From an uncultured Anaerolineae bacterium (GTDB lineage: Bacteria > Chloroflexota > Anaerolineae > S016-19), in NCBI GenBank assembly GCA_964516345.1, contig CAZEXY010000004.1, forward strand, positions 16,949 through 51,937: a DNA stretch of 34,989 nucleotides, read 5' to 3'. The notes below the pieces were generated by a model, which was not told the DNA's origin, did not search any database, and worked only from the letters and a program-made list of their open reading frames with translations. This document shows, one piece after another, positions 9,611 through 17,072 of this stretch; position 1 is the stretch's first letter; every line of letters begins with the position of its first letter. Made by a program: the position numbers and the translations under genes.

Positions 9611-9660
9611 TGACTGTTTGGTTTTGAGTGGGTAAGCAAGGGCAACGCCCTCGCCTACCC
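9611..9660 (+). repeat. Copy B (short) of the dispersed repeat seen at 4641-4785 and 34805-34989
   Basis: GTTTGG....GAGTGGGTAAGCAAGGGcaacgCCCTCGCCTACCC aligns with the hairpin module of copies A and C. The stem-loop is at 9630-9660. It is translated spuriously as the N-terminus ([11 protein letters not shown]) of the ORF-track entry 9628..11031. Confidence 0.65.
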
Positions 9661-9765
9661 GTTGATCTACTGCGGTGTGCGATTGCCGAACCTTCCTGCA
9701 TTTCCCAACGGAAGCCTGCGAGTGTAAAATTTGTGTTGGTTTCATATCGTGCCTTGGAGGGGAAA

Positions 9766-11031
9766 ATGGGAGGAAAAGAGAAAGTCAAGAAGGTAGTGCT
9801 GGCGTACTCCGGCGGTCTGGATACATCCGTGATCGTACCCTGGCTGAAGGAAAACTACGGCTGCGAGGTGATCTGTTACACCGCCAACCTCGGTCAGGAG
9901 GAAGAACTTGGCGGCCTCGAAGAGAAAGCGCTTGCTTCCGGGGCGAGCAAAATTTACATTGAAGACCTGAGGGAAGAGTTCCTCACCGATTACGTGTTTC
10001 CGACCATGATGGCCGGTGCCATCTACGAACGGAAGTACCTGCTCGGCACCTCGATGGCAAGACCGTTGATTGCCAAGAGACAGGTGGAGATCGCTCAGTT
10101 GGAGGGGGCGGATGCCGTTGCTCACGGCGCCACCGGGAAGGGAAACGATCAGGTCAGATTCGAACTCACCTATCAGGCGCTTAATCCGAGGCTGAAGGTG
10201 ATAGCCCCATGGAGGGAATGGTCCATAAGGAGCCGGGAAGATGCCATTGAGTATGCTAAGAAGCACAACGTCCCGGTATCCGCTACCATAAAATCGATCT
10301 ATTCCCGTGACAGGAATTTCTGGCACATGAGCCACGAGGGGGGATACCTGGAAGACCCGTGGCGTCAACCGGAGGAAGATGTCTTCGTGCTTACCACCGC
10401 TCCGGAGAAAGCCCCGGACGCTCCTGAATACATAACCATCGATTTCGTGCAGGGGGTCCCGAAAAGGTTGAACGGCGTTGCCATGGGGCCTGTTCAACTG
10501 ATGGAGCGGCTGAACGAACTCGGAGGTAAGCACGGTATCGGGAGGGTGGACCTCGTCGAAAATAGGCTCGTGGGGATGAAATCCAGAGGGGTTTACGAAA
10601 CGCCGGGAGGAACCATCCTGTACAGGGCGCATGAGGGGCTCGAGGAGATATGCCTGGACAAGGATACGCTTCACTACAAAGACCTTGTCGCTCAGCGGTA
10701 CGCTGAACTCGTCTACAACGGCAAGTGGTTCACCCCGCTTCGCGAAGCGTTGGACGCGTTCGTCCGGGTCACTCAGGAAAGAGTCACGGGCCAGGTGAGG
10801 CTCAAGCTGTACAAAGGTTCTGCCTCTGTCGTGGGCAGGAGATCTCCTTTCAGCCTGTACAGGGAAGATTACGCTACCTTCGGGGAAGAAGATGTCTACA
10901 ACCAGGAGGACGCAGTTGGGTTCATCAGGCTCTGGGGATTGCCGATGAAAGTGCGTGCCCTCATCGACATAGAAGGTTCTGGAGCAAGCCGCTACGCGTC
11001 TCCGGACTACTCCAAGTTCAAGAGGGATTGA
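9766..11031 (+). CDS. argG: Argininosuccinate synthase
   Basis: [17 protein letters not shown]-binding motif, [15 protein letters not shown] and [13 protein letters not shown]. The ATG at 9766 is preceded by GGAGGGG. The upstream 46 codons in the ORF track run through a repeat. Confidence 0.95.
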   Translation: MGGKEKVKKVVLAYSGGLDTSVIVPWLKENYGCEVICYTANLGQEEELGGLEEKALASGASKIYIEDLREEFLTDYVFPTMMAGAIYERKYLLGTSMARPLIAKRQVEIAQLEGADAVAHGATGKGNDQVRFELTYQALNPRLKVIAPWREWSIRSREDAIEYAKKHNVPVSATIKSIYSRDRNFWHMSHEGGYLEDPWRQPEEDVFVLTTAPEKAPDAPEYITIDFVQGVPKRLNGVAMGPVQLMERLNELGGKHGIGRVDLVENRLVGMKSRGVYETPGGTILYRAHEGLEEICLDKDTLHYKDLVAQRYAELVYNGKWFTPLREALDAFVRVTQERVTGQVRLKLYKGSASVVGRRSPFSLYREDYATFGEEDVYNQEDAVGFIRLWGLPMKVRALIDIEGSGASRYASPDYSKFKRD

Positions 11032-11038
11032 CCACAAG

Positions 11039-11063
11039 GGGGGTGGATAGACCGTCCACCCCC
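11039..11063 (+). terminator. GC-rich stem-loop between argG and the downstream operon; a possible terminator lacking a U tract
   Basis: GGGGGTGGA tagaccg TCCACCCCC, a perfect 9-bp stem starting 8 nt after the argG stop. No T run follows. Confidence 0.35.
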
Positions 11064-11095
11064 GTCGAGGTGCCGCGCTTATGGAAGGAAATTGG

Positions 11096-11947
11096 ATGAA
11101 AGTAGGGATTGCGCAGATAGCCCCCCGCCTGGGAGATGTGAAGGCGAACCTGGAGATACATCTCGATATCATGGGGCAGGCCGCAAGCCGGGGCGTGGAT
11201 TTGCTCGTGTTTCCGGAGCTTTCCCTCACCGGATATGTGCTAAGAGACCTGGTCCAGGAAGTCGCAATCGACCTGCGTGACGATGTATCACCGCTACGGG
11301 AGATAGGAGAACTTTCCGATCGGCTTGGGATTGACGTTGCAGTCGGATTCGTGGAAGAAACTTCCAGAAAACAGTTCCACATAGCATCCGCTTACATCTC
11401 GAAAGGCGACATACTCCATGTGCATCGGAAAGTCTACTTGCCAACGTACACGCTCTTCGACGAAGGAAGGTACTTTTCTCCGGGCAGCGGGTTCGAGGCT
11501 TTCGATACTCGATTGGGCAGGATTGGGATGTTGATCTGCGAGGACTTCTGGCACCTTTCCTCCCCGTACCTTCTCTGGGTGGATGGGGCCGATTTCCTCC
11601 TTCTGATGTCGTCGAGCCCGGGGCGGGGATTGCACCAGCCGGGAAGGATGGACAGCAGCGAGCACGTGGAGCTCGCGAACCGGATGTTCGCCAATTTCTT
11701 CACCGTCTTCGTACTTCACGCGAACCGCGTCGGGTTCGAAGACGGCCTGAATTTCTGGGGAGGATCGACCCTGTTCGGCCCGGATGGACAGCTCGTGGCC
11801 AGAGCTCCTTATTTCGAGGAAGCTCTTCTGGAAGCCGAGATAGACACGTCGGAGCTCAGGAGAGCCAGGGTCAAACTTCCCCTTCTCAGGGACGAAAAAG
11901 CCATGCTCGTCCTGAAAAATCTCGAATCGATCCTGGAGGGGCGATGA
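11096..11947 (+). CDS. Carbon-nitrogen hydrolase (nitrilase superfamily) protein
   Basis: The Glu-Lys-Cys triad context is present: LLVFPELSLTGY, HRKVYLP and GMLICEDFWH. The ATG at 11096 (MKVGIAQIAP) is preceded by GGAAGGA. Confidence 0.85.
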   Translation: MKVGIAQIAPRLGDVKANLEIHLDIMGQAASRGVDLLVFPELSLTGYVLRDLVQEVAIDLRDDVSPLREIGELSDRLGIDVAVGFVEETSRKQFHIASAYISKGDILHVHRKVYLPTYTLFDEGRYFSPGSGFEAFDTRLGRIGMLICEDFWHLSSPYLLWVDGADFLLLMSSSPGRGLHQPGRMDSSEHVELANRMFANFFTVFVLHANRVGFEDGLNFWGGSTLFGPDGQLVARAPYFEEALLEAEIDTSELRRARVKLPLLRDEKAMLVLKNLESILEGR

Positions 11948-13374
11948 GCATAAAGTTCGGAACCGACGGATGGAGGGCGGTCATCAGCGACGAATTCACC
12001 TTCGAAAACGTCAGAAAAGTCTCCCAGGCCATAGCCGACCTCGTCCTGGCGCAGAGCGGGTCTCCTCAGCCCGTGATGGTGGTGGGGTTCGATACGAGAT
12101 TCCTCTCCGACCGGTACGCCCGAGAGGTCGCAAAAGTTCTGGCGGGGAACGGCATCAAAGTGTATATCTCCAGGGGAGACGTGCCCACTCCCATGCTCTC
12201 TTACTCGGTGGTTCACCTCCACGCCGACGGTGGAGTGATGATCACCGCCAGCCACAACCCTCCCAGGTACAACGGAATGAAGTTGAAGGCTGCTTATGGG
12301 GGATCGGCGTCGCCTGAGGATTCGGAAAAAGTGGTGGAATTCCTTCACGCCAACGAACGGGCGGGCAGGGAGCCAGCTTTGATCCCGTTCGAGGAGGGGG
12401 AAGAAGCCGGATTGATCGTGCGGTTCGATCCGTACCCGGCTTATCGGGATCACCTTTCCACTTTGATCGATTTCGACAGGCTTGCCGGCAGGAAGATGCG
12501 GGTTCTCATAGACCCGATGTACGGGGCTGGCAGGGGATATCTGAAGAACCTGTTGCGAGGAGCCGGGATAGAAGCCGAAGAGATACACGGCGACATGAAC
12601 CCAGGGTTCGGCGGCCTTCACCCGGAGCCTATAGCAAGATACCTCAACGATCTGATTCGCGCCGTCCCGGAAGGGAACTGGGACCTGGGGCTGGCAAACG
12701 ACGGAGACGCGGATCGAATTGGGGCCGTGAGCGAAACGGGGCGCTTCGTCGACCCCCATCGCATCATGTCGCTGGCGCTCAGGTATCTGGTAGAGGAAAA
12801 AGGTAAGAAAGGCGCCGTGGTCAAAACGATTTCCACCACTCAAGCTTTGAACGTGATGTCAAGCAGGTATGGGATTCCGATCTACGAAACCCCCGTCGGA
12901 TTCAATTACATAGCGGATTACATGATGCGGGACGAAGTGCTGCTTGGGGGGGAAGAATCCGGTGGAATAAGCATCGAAGGACACATTCCGGAAGGGGATG
13001 GCATACTGATGGGGTTGCTCATCGCAGAGGTCATGGCGTATCACGGCGTCGGCCTGGAGGAACTGCTCATGTCTCTGAACGAATCCTTTGGCGAATTCCA
13101 CTACGGGAGAAACGACCTCCGCGTGCCTCCTTTCTCCAAGAAGGAACTGGTGGAGATGCTGTTGTCGGAAGCGCCGGACAGGATAGCCGGCGTTCCGGTG
13201 AGGGAGATCAACAGCATGGACGGCGTGAAGTACATCCTCGACGACGATAGCTGGCTTCTGATACGTCCTTCCGGCACGGAACCGGTTCTGAGGATCTACT
13301 CTGAGGCCAGGACGCCGGACAGGGTTCCGGTTCTATTGAGAGAAGGTGTGAGGCTCGCTCACGTGGAGGGATGA
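11944..13374 (+). CDS. Phosphoglucomutase/phosphomannomutase family protein
   Basis: Active-site loop TASHNPPRYNGMK, metal loop ANDGDADR and sugar loop GGEESGG. The start overlaps the upstream stop as ATGA. Confidence 0.9.
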   Translation: MSIKFGTDGWRAVISDEFTFENVRKVSQAIADLVLAQSGSPQPVMVVGFDTRFLSDRYAREVAKVLAGNGIKVYISRGDVPTPMLSYSVVHLHADGGVMITASHNPPRYNGMKLKAAYGGSASPEDSEKVVEFLHANERAGREPALIPFEEGEEAGLIVRFDPYPAYRDHLSTLIDFDRLAGRKMRVLIDPMYGAGRGYLKNLLRGAGIEAEEIHGDMNPGFGGLHPEPIARYLNDLIRAVPEGNWDLGLANDGDADRIGAVSETGRFVDPHRIMSLALRYLVEEKGKKGAVVKTISTTQALNVMSSRYGIPIYETPVGFNYIADYMMRDEVLLGGEESGGISIEGHIPEGDGILMGLLIAEVMAYHGVGLEELLMSLNESFGEFHYGRNDLRVPPFSKKELVEMLLSEAPDRIAGVPVREINSMDGVKYILDDDSWLLIRPSGTEPVLRIYSEARTPDRVPVLLREGVRLAHVEG

Positions 13375-14163
13375 ATGAACGAAACGGAATTGTCCCTTGC
13401 CCTGGACGCTGCGTCGGAAGCGGCAATGGAGGCCGGGGCTCTGTTGAGGAACAGGTTCGACACTCCTCTGGAGATCAAGGAGAAAGGGCATCTCGATCTC
13501 GTTACCGACGTGGATCTGGAAGCACAGAAAATCATTTTCGAGCGCCTCGGCGGGCGGTTCCCGGACTTTGGGTTCATGGGAGAGGAAAGCAACTTTGGGT
13601 CGGTGTGTACTCCCCATATCCCATGCTGGGTGGTGGATCCGCTGGACGGAACCACGAACTACGCCTACCACATTCCGGAGTTCGTGGTTTCCATAGGTTT
13701 GTTCGAAGACGACGAGCCTTTGGTGGGAGTGGTGTACGACCCGATCAGGGGGAATCTCTTTTCTGCAGCCAGAGGGATGGGGTTGTTCCTGAACCACCGC
13801 CCTTACGAACCTCTGACTTCGCATCCTTTCGACAGAGCCTTGATTGGGATCGAGCTATCCAGAGACAGGAATCTGCGGCGTAAGATCGTAGAATTCGCCG
13901 ACGAACTGATCCAGCGAGTGGCTACGGTTCGACTTTTCGGATGCACGGCCATGGGGATCGCCTATTCCGCATTTGGGTGGTTGGACGGGTATGTTTCGTT
14001 TTCCCTGCACCCATGGGATGGAGCGGCGGGCGCCGTGATGGTTCGAGAGGCTGGCAGGCAGGCGCTGGCGTTGAGCGGATCTCCCTGGAAGCTCCGGGAT
14101 GACACGTTCCTTTCGGCCCCAAAAGCCATAGCCCAAAGCCTGATCCGTTCGATGGATCGGTAG
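13375..14163 (+). CDS. Inositol monophosphatase family (SuhB-like) phosphatase
   Basis: Motifs GEES and WVVDPLDGTTNY plus the C-terminal WDGAAG. The ATG immediately follows the upstream TGA, and GGAGGG lies upstream. Confidence 0.88.
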   Translation: MNETELSLALDAASEAAMEAGALLRNRFDTPLEIKEKGHLDLVTDVDLEAQKIIFERLGGRFPDFGFMGEESNFGSVCTPHIPCWVVDPLDGTTNYAYHIPEFVVSIGLFEDDEPLVGVVYDPIRGNLFSAARGMGLFLNHRPYEPLTSHPFDRALIGIELSRDRNLRRKIVEFADELIQRVATVRLFGCTAMGIAYSAFGWLDGYVSFSLHPWDGAAGAVMVREAGRQALALSGSPWKLRDDTFLSAPKAIAQSLIRSMDR

Positions 14164-14166
14164 CCG

Positions 14167-15150
14167 ATGCAGTACAAAGATAGAATCTACGGAGCTTTCG
14201 ACATCGTCGAGCCTGTGCTGCTCGCTTTGATGGATACCGAAGCCATCGGGCGGTTGAAGGGAGTGTTGCAGCACGGCATAACCGGCCTGCTGGGGATAAC
14301 CAGTCGCACCACCAGGTTCGAACACTCTGTCGGAGTTATGCTGCTCGTCCGTAGCCTTGGAGGAACCCTGGAGGAGCAGATTGCGGCACTGCTTCACGAC
14401 GTCAGCCACACTGCCCTGAGCCACGTGGTGGATTTCATGAGCATGGTCGAAGGTGGAGAGAGCCTGCACGAGCAGGTGAAGTTCGAATATCTGGAGCGAT
14501 CGGATGTGCCGGGGGTGCTTCGGAGGTTCGGCTACCGGTGGCAGGATTTCGTGGATGAAGCTCGATTTTCGCTGCTGGAGCGACCTGCTCCGTCGCTGTG
14601 CGCCGACAGGCTCGATTATTTCCTTCGTGACGCCCTCGACCTCGGTTTGCTATCCGTGGGTGAGGTGCGTTTTCTGCTCGAGAGCGTAGTGACACACGAA
14701 GGGGCCATCGCTCTGAGCAATGTGGAAGCTGCAAGATTGTCCGCTTACAAGTACATCGAAGCCGATGACAAAAGCTGGTCGAACCTTCGTGAAGTGGGGC
14801 TCTACTCGGCTGCCGCTTACGCGATAGAAGCGGCCATCGAGGCTGGAGTCGTCAGGAAAGAGGATCTGTGGGGAACTGACGAAGTTTTCTGGAGCAAGGT
14901 AAAGGCTTCGGACGACCGGAACGTTCGAAAATGGCTGGAATGTGTATCACCGGAAGCCTCGTTCGTCCTCGATGATGGAGATCCTTCCTTTTTGGTCGAG
15001 CCCAAGGTCAGAACGATCGACCCTGCCGTGGTGATGGAGGGGGAGACGAGGCCGTTGTCGGATATAGATCGGGAGTTCGCCCGGTTCGTTCGGGAATATG
15101 AAGGGAGGAAATCCGGGAAGTGGCCTGTAAAGGCCATCTGCGGTTCGTAA
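14167..15150 (+). CDS. HD-domain phosphohydrolase, SAMHD1/COG1078-like motif pattern
   Basis: RFEHSVGV, LLHDVSHTALSH and ADRLDYFLRDA match the HD pattern of COG1078-type (d)NTP triphosphohydrolase-like proteins. It starts 3 nt after the upstream stop. Confidence 0.75.
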   Translation: MQYKDRIYGAFDIVEPVLLALMDTEAIGRLKGVLQHGITGLLGITSRTTRFEHSVGVMLLVRSLGGTLEEQIAALLHDVSHTALSHVVDFMSMVEGGESLHEQVKFEYLERSDVPGVLRRFGYRWQDFVDEARFSLLERPAPSLCADRLDYFLRDALDLGLLSVGEVRFLLESVVTHEGAIALSNVEAARLSAYKYIEADDKSWSNLREVGLYSAAAYAIEAAIEAGVVRKEDLWGTDEVFWSKVKASDDRNVRKWLECVSPEASFVLDDGDPSFLVEPKVRTIDPAVVMEGETRPLSDIDREFARFVREYEGRKSGKWPVKAICGS

Positions 15151-15170
15151 AACGGATGTGAAACGCCGGT

Positions 15171-15254
15171 GACGCAGATTTCACGCCGATGCACGCAGAT
15201 GAGAGCTCGGTAAGGATCATCGGAGATCTGCATGCATCAGCGCCGTCTGCATTC
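15171..15254. repeat. Imperfect long palindrome of the ACGCAGAT / ATCTGCGT family between convergent genes
   Basis: The left arm GACGCAGATTTCACGCCGATGCACGCAGAT pairs with the right arm ATCTGCATGCATCAGCGCCGTCTGCATTC. The inner stem CGCCGATGCACGCAGAT / ATCTGCATGCATCAGCG has two mismatches. It sits between the HD gene stop (15150) and the aminotransferase stop (15277), so it probably also acts as a bidirectional terminator. Confidence 0.7.
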
Positions 15255-15276
15255 AGTCGTCGGAAATGTCGAATGG

Positions 15277-16395
15277 CTACAGGACTTCTTTCAGAGCTGA
15301 TAGGAGCAAAAGCACATTCTCCTTCCTGCTGCTGAATCCCATCAACCCGATCCTCCAGACTTTCCCTTTCAGGGGGCCAAAGCCGCCTGCAATTTCGATG
15401 TTGTATTCGTTCAGGAGCAGCCTCCTCACTTTCACTTCGTCGAGGCCTTCGGGCAGTTTGGGAGTGGTGAGTGTGGGCAGCCGATACTCCAGAGGCACCA
15501 TCGGCGGGATTCCAAGCTCTTCGAGGCCAGCCCATAGCATTTCGGCGTTGGATCGATGCCTTTCGAACCTTTTTTCTAGCCCTTCTTCGGCCACAATCCT
15601 CAGGGCTTCACGGAGAGCGTAGTTCATGGTGATAGGAGCTGTGTGGTGGTAGGTGCGCTCGTCGCCCCAGTATTTCTCCACGAGAGATAGATCCAGGTAC
15701 CAGTTCGCCACCTTGGTCTTGCGTTTCCGCAGGACTTCTCGGGCCCGCTCGCTCACGGTTATCGGCGATAGGCCGGGTGGGCATGAAAGAGCCTTCTGCG
15801 TTCCGCTGTACGCCACATCCACGCCCCACTCGTCGATTTTCACCGGAACGCCGCCGAGGGACGTGACTGTGTCCAGCACCAGCAAAGCCCCGTGCCTGTG
15901 AGCGGCCTCGGCGATTTCCTTCACGTGCGGCTGCAAAGCTCCCGTGGAGGTCTCTGCGTGCACCATGGCGAGAAGTCTGTAACGTTTCCTCCCGAGGGCT
16001 TTGCCGATTTCGTCCACCTCGAACACCTCTCCCCATGCACGCTCTATTCTGTCCACGTTGGCGCCATACCTGCTGGCCATGTCACACAACCTCTCGCCGA
16101 AGTAGCCGTTCACGGCAATCAGGACGTCGTCTCCCGGCTCGATGAAATTGGCGAGAGAGGCCTCCATCCCGGCGCTTCCTGTGCCGGATATGGGGATGGT
16201 TAGGTGATTGTTCGTCTGGAAGACGTACCGGAGGAGTTCTTGAATTTCTTTCATCAAAGCGATGAAATCCGGATCGAGGTGTCCGATCAGCGGAGTTGCC
16301 ATGGCTCTGAGCACTCTTGGAGATACCATGCTTGGCCCTGGTCCGAGCAGTATCCTGGGGGAAACATCCAAATCTCTGAACCTGCTGGCGTCCAT
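15277..16395 (-). CDS. Class V aminotransferase (alanine-glyoxylate / serine-pyruvate / serine-glyoxylate aminotransferase-like)
   Basis: LLGPGPSMVSPRVLRAM N-terminus and PLP-lysine context YSGTQKAL. I chose the ATG at 16395 (MDASRF) because GGAGGTGA lies just upstream. The 78 upstream codons in the ORF track are compositionally junk. Confidence 0.88.
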   Translation of the reverse strand: MDASRFRDLDVSPRILLGPGPSMVSPRVLRAMATPLIGHLDPDFIALMKEIQELLRYVFQTNNHLTIPISGTGSAGMEASLANFIEPGDDVLIAVNGYFGERLCDMASRYGANVDRIERAWGEVFEVDEIGKALGRKRYRLLAMVHAETSTGALQPHVKEIAEAAHRHGALLVLDTVTSLGGVPVKIDEWGVDVAYSGTQKALSCPPGLSPITVSERAREVLRKRKTKVANWYLDLSLVEKYWGDERTYHHTAPITMNYALREALRIVAEEGLEKRFERHRSNAEMLWAGLEELGIPPMVPLEYRLPTLTTPKLPEGLDEVKVRRLLLNEYNIEIAGGFGPLKGKVWRIGLMGFSSRKENVLLLLSALKEVL

Positions 16396-16454
16396 TTTCA
16401 CCTCCCGAATTTTTCGATGGTGCCAGAGATTGTTGGGGTGTCGGCACCAATTCC

Positions 16455-16483
16455 ATTCTAACGCTAAGAGCCCAAAGGGTAAA
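16455..16483 (-). promoter_or_regulatory. Putative promoter of the aminotransferase gene
   Basis: On the minus strand: TTTACC, a 17-nt spacer, then TAGAAT. This leaves a leader of about 55 nt containing a GGTGCC...GGCACC hairpin. Confidence 0.4.
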
Positions 16484-16764
16484 GAAGCGGAGAGCGCTGG
16501 ATCGGCGATTAGGGGCGGCTGTTTGGAGCGAATGCAAAAGGCTGGCGAAGATCGGCATCCGAAACGGTTGGGAAAACCGGGCGGTTGTCTGCTGGCTGGC
16601 ATGAGCGAGAATCCGGTAAGAACTTCCACGAAATATGAGCTTCGTCATGTTCGTCGATTGTGATATCAGGTACAATTAAGGCGGATTCAGGGGCTCAAGT
16701 GAGCGGCAGGAACCGAGAGTCGACCAACCGGATTCTGTCTTCGTACTCTCTCCCTCCTCTTGAT

Positions 16765-16793
16765 AACCTCCCGCATCCGAGCGGGAGGTTTTT
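16765..16793 (+). terminator. Rho-independent terminator with no annotated plus-strand gene upstream
   Basis: AACCTCCCGC atccga GCGGGAGGTT followed by TTT (five T in total). The reverse-strand version is followed by TTATCAAG, so it functions best in the plus direction. Confidence 0.6.
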
Positions 16794-16865
16794 GCTTCGT
16801 CTCCGGGATGTGGGCTTTTGACCGGGTGCCGAGAAGCGAGCCAACGGCTTGCGCCACGAATCAAC

Positions 16866-17036
16866 GCGAGGACGCAAAGGGGCGTAAGGCGCAAAAGGTT
16901 TTTGAGAAATCTCTGCGTCAATAATTGGACGCTGATGACGCTGATACACGCAGATTCTCGCTGATCTTTTCAGCTTTATCTGCGTTCATCAGCGTAAATC
17001 TGCGTCCCTTTCTCTGTGTCTCCGCGTCTTTGCGTT
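16866..17036. repeat. Cluster of REP-like palindromes (GACGCAAAG / CTTTGCGT and ACGCWGAT / ATCWGCGT units)
   Basis: The core arms GGACGCTGATGACGCTGATACACGCAGAT (16927-16955) and ATCTGCGTTCATCAGCGTAAATCTGCGTCC (16978-17007) are near reverse complements. The outer GAGGACGCAAAGG and CGTCTTTGCGT units also pair. The region translates to junk peptides such as KRKDAETQRKG and ADKAEKISENLRVSA. Confidence 0.75.
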
Positions 17037-17072
17037 TTGTTTCATTCCCCTGCGAGCCGACAGCTCGCGCTG

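Noticed and set aside
9540-9765. ARG-box-like sequence (TGCGAATTTCATCC) and a TTCCCA-17-TAAAAT promoter-like signal upstream of argG.
   Set aside because: The resemblance to ArgR/AhrC operators is too weak to call from one half-site. The promoter guess has a poor -35. Neither is reported as a feature.
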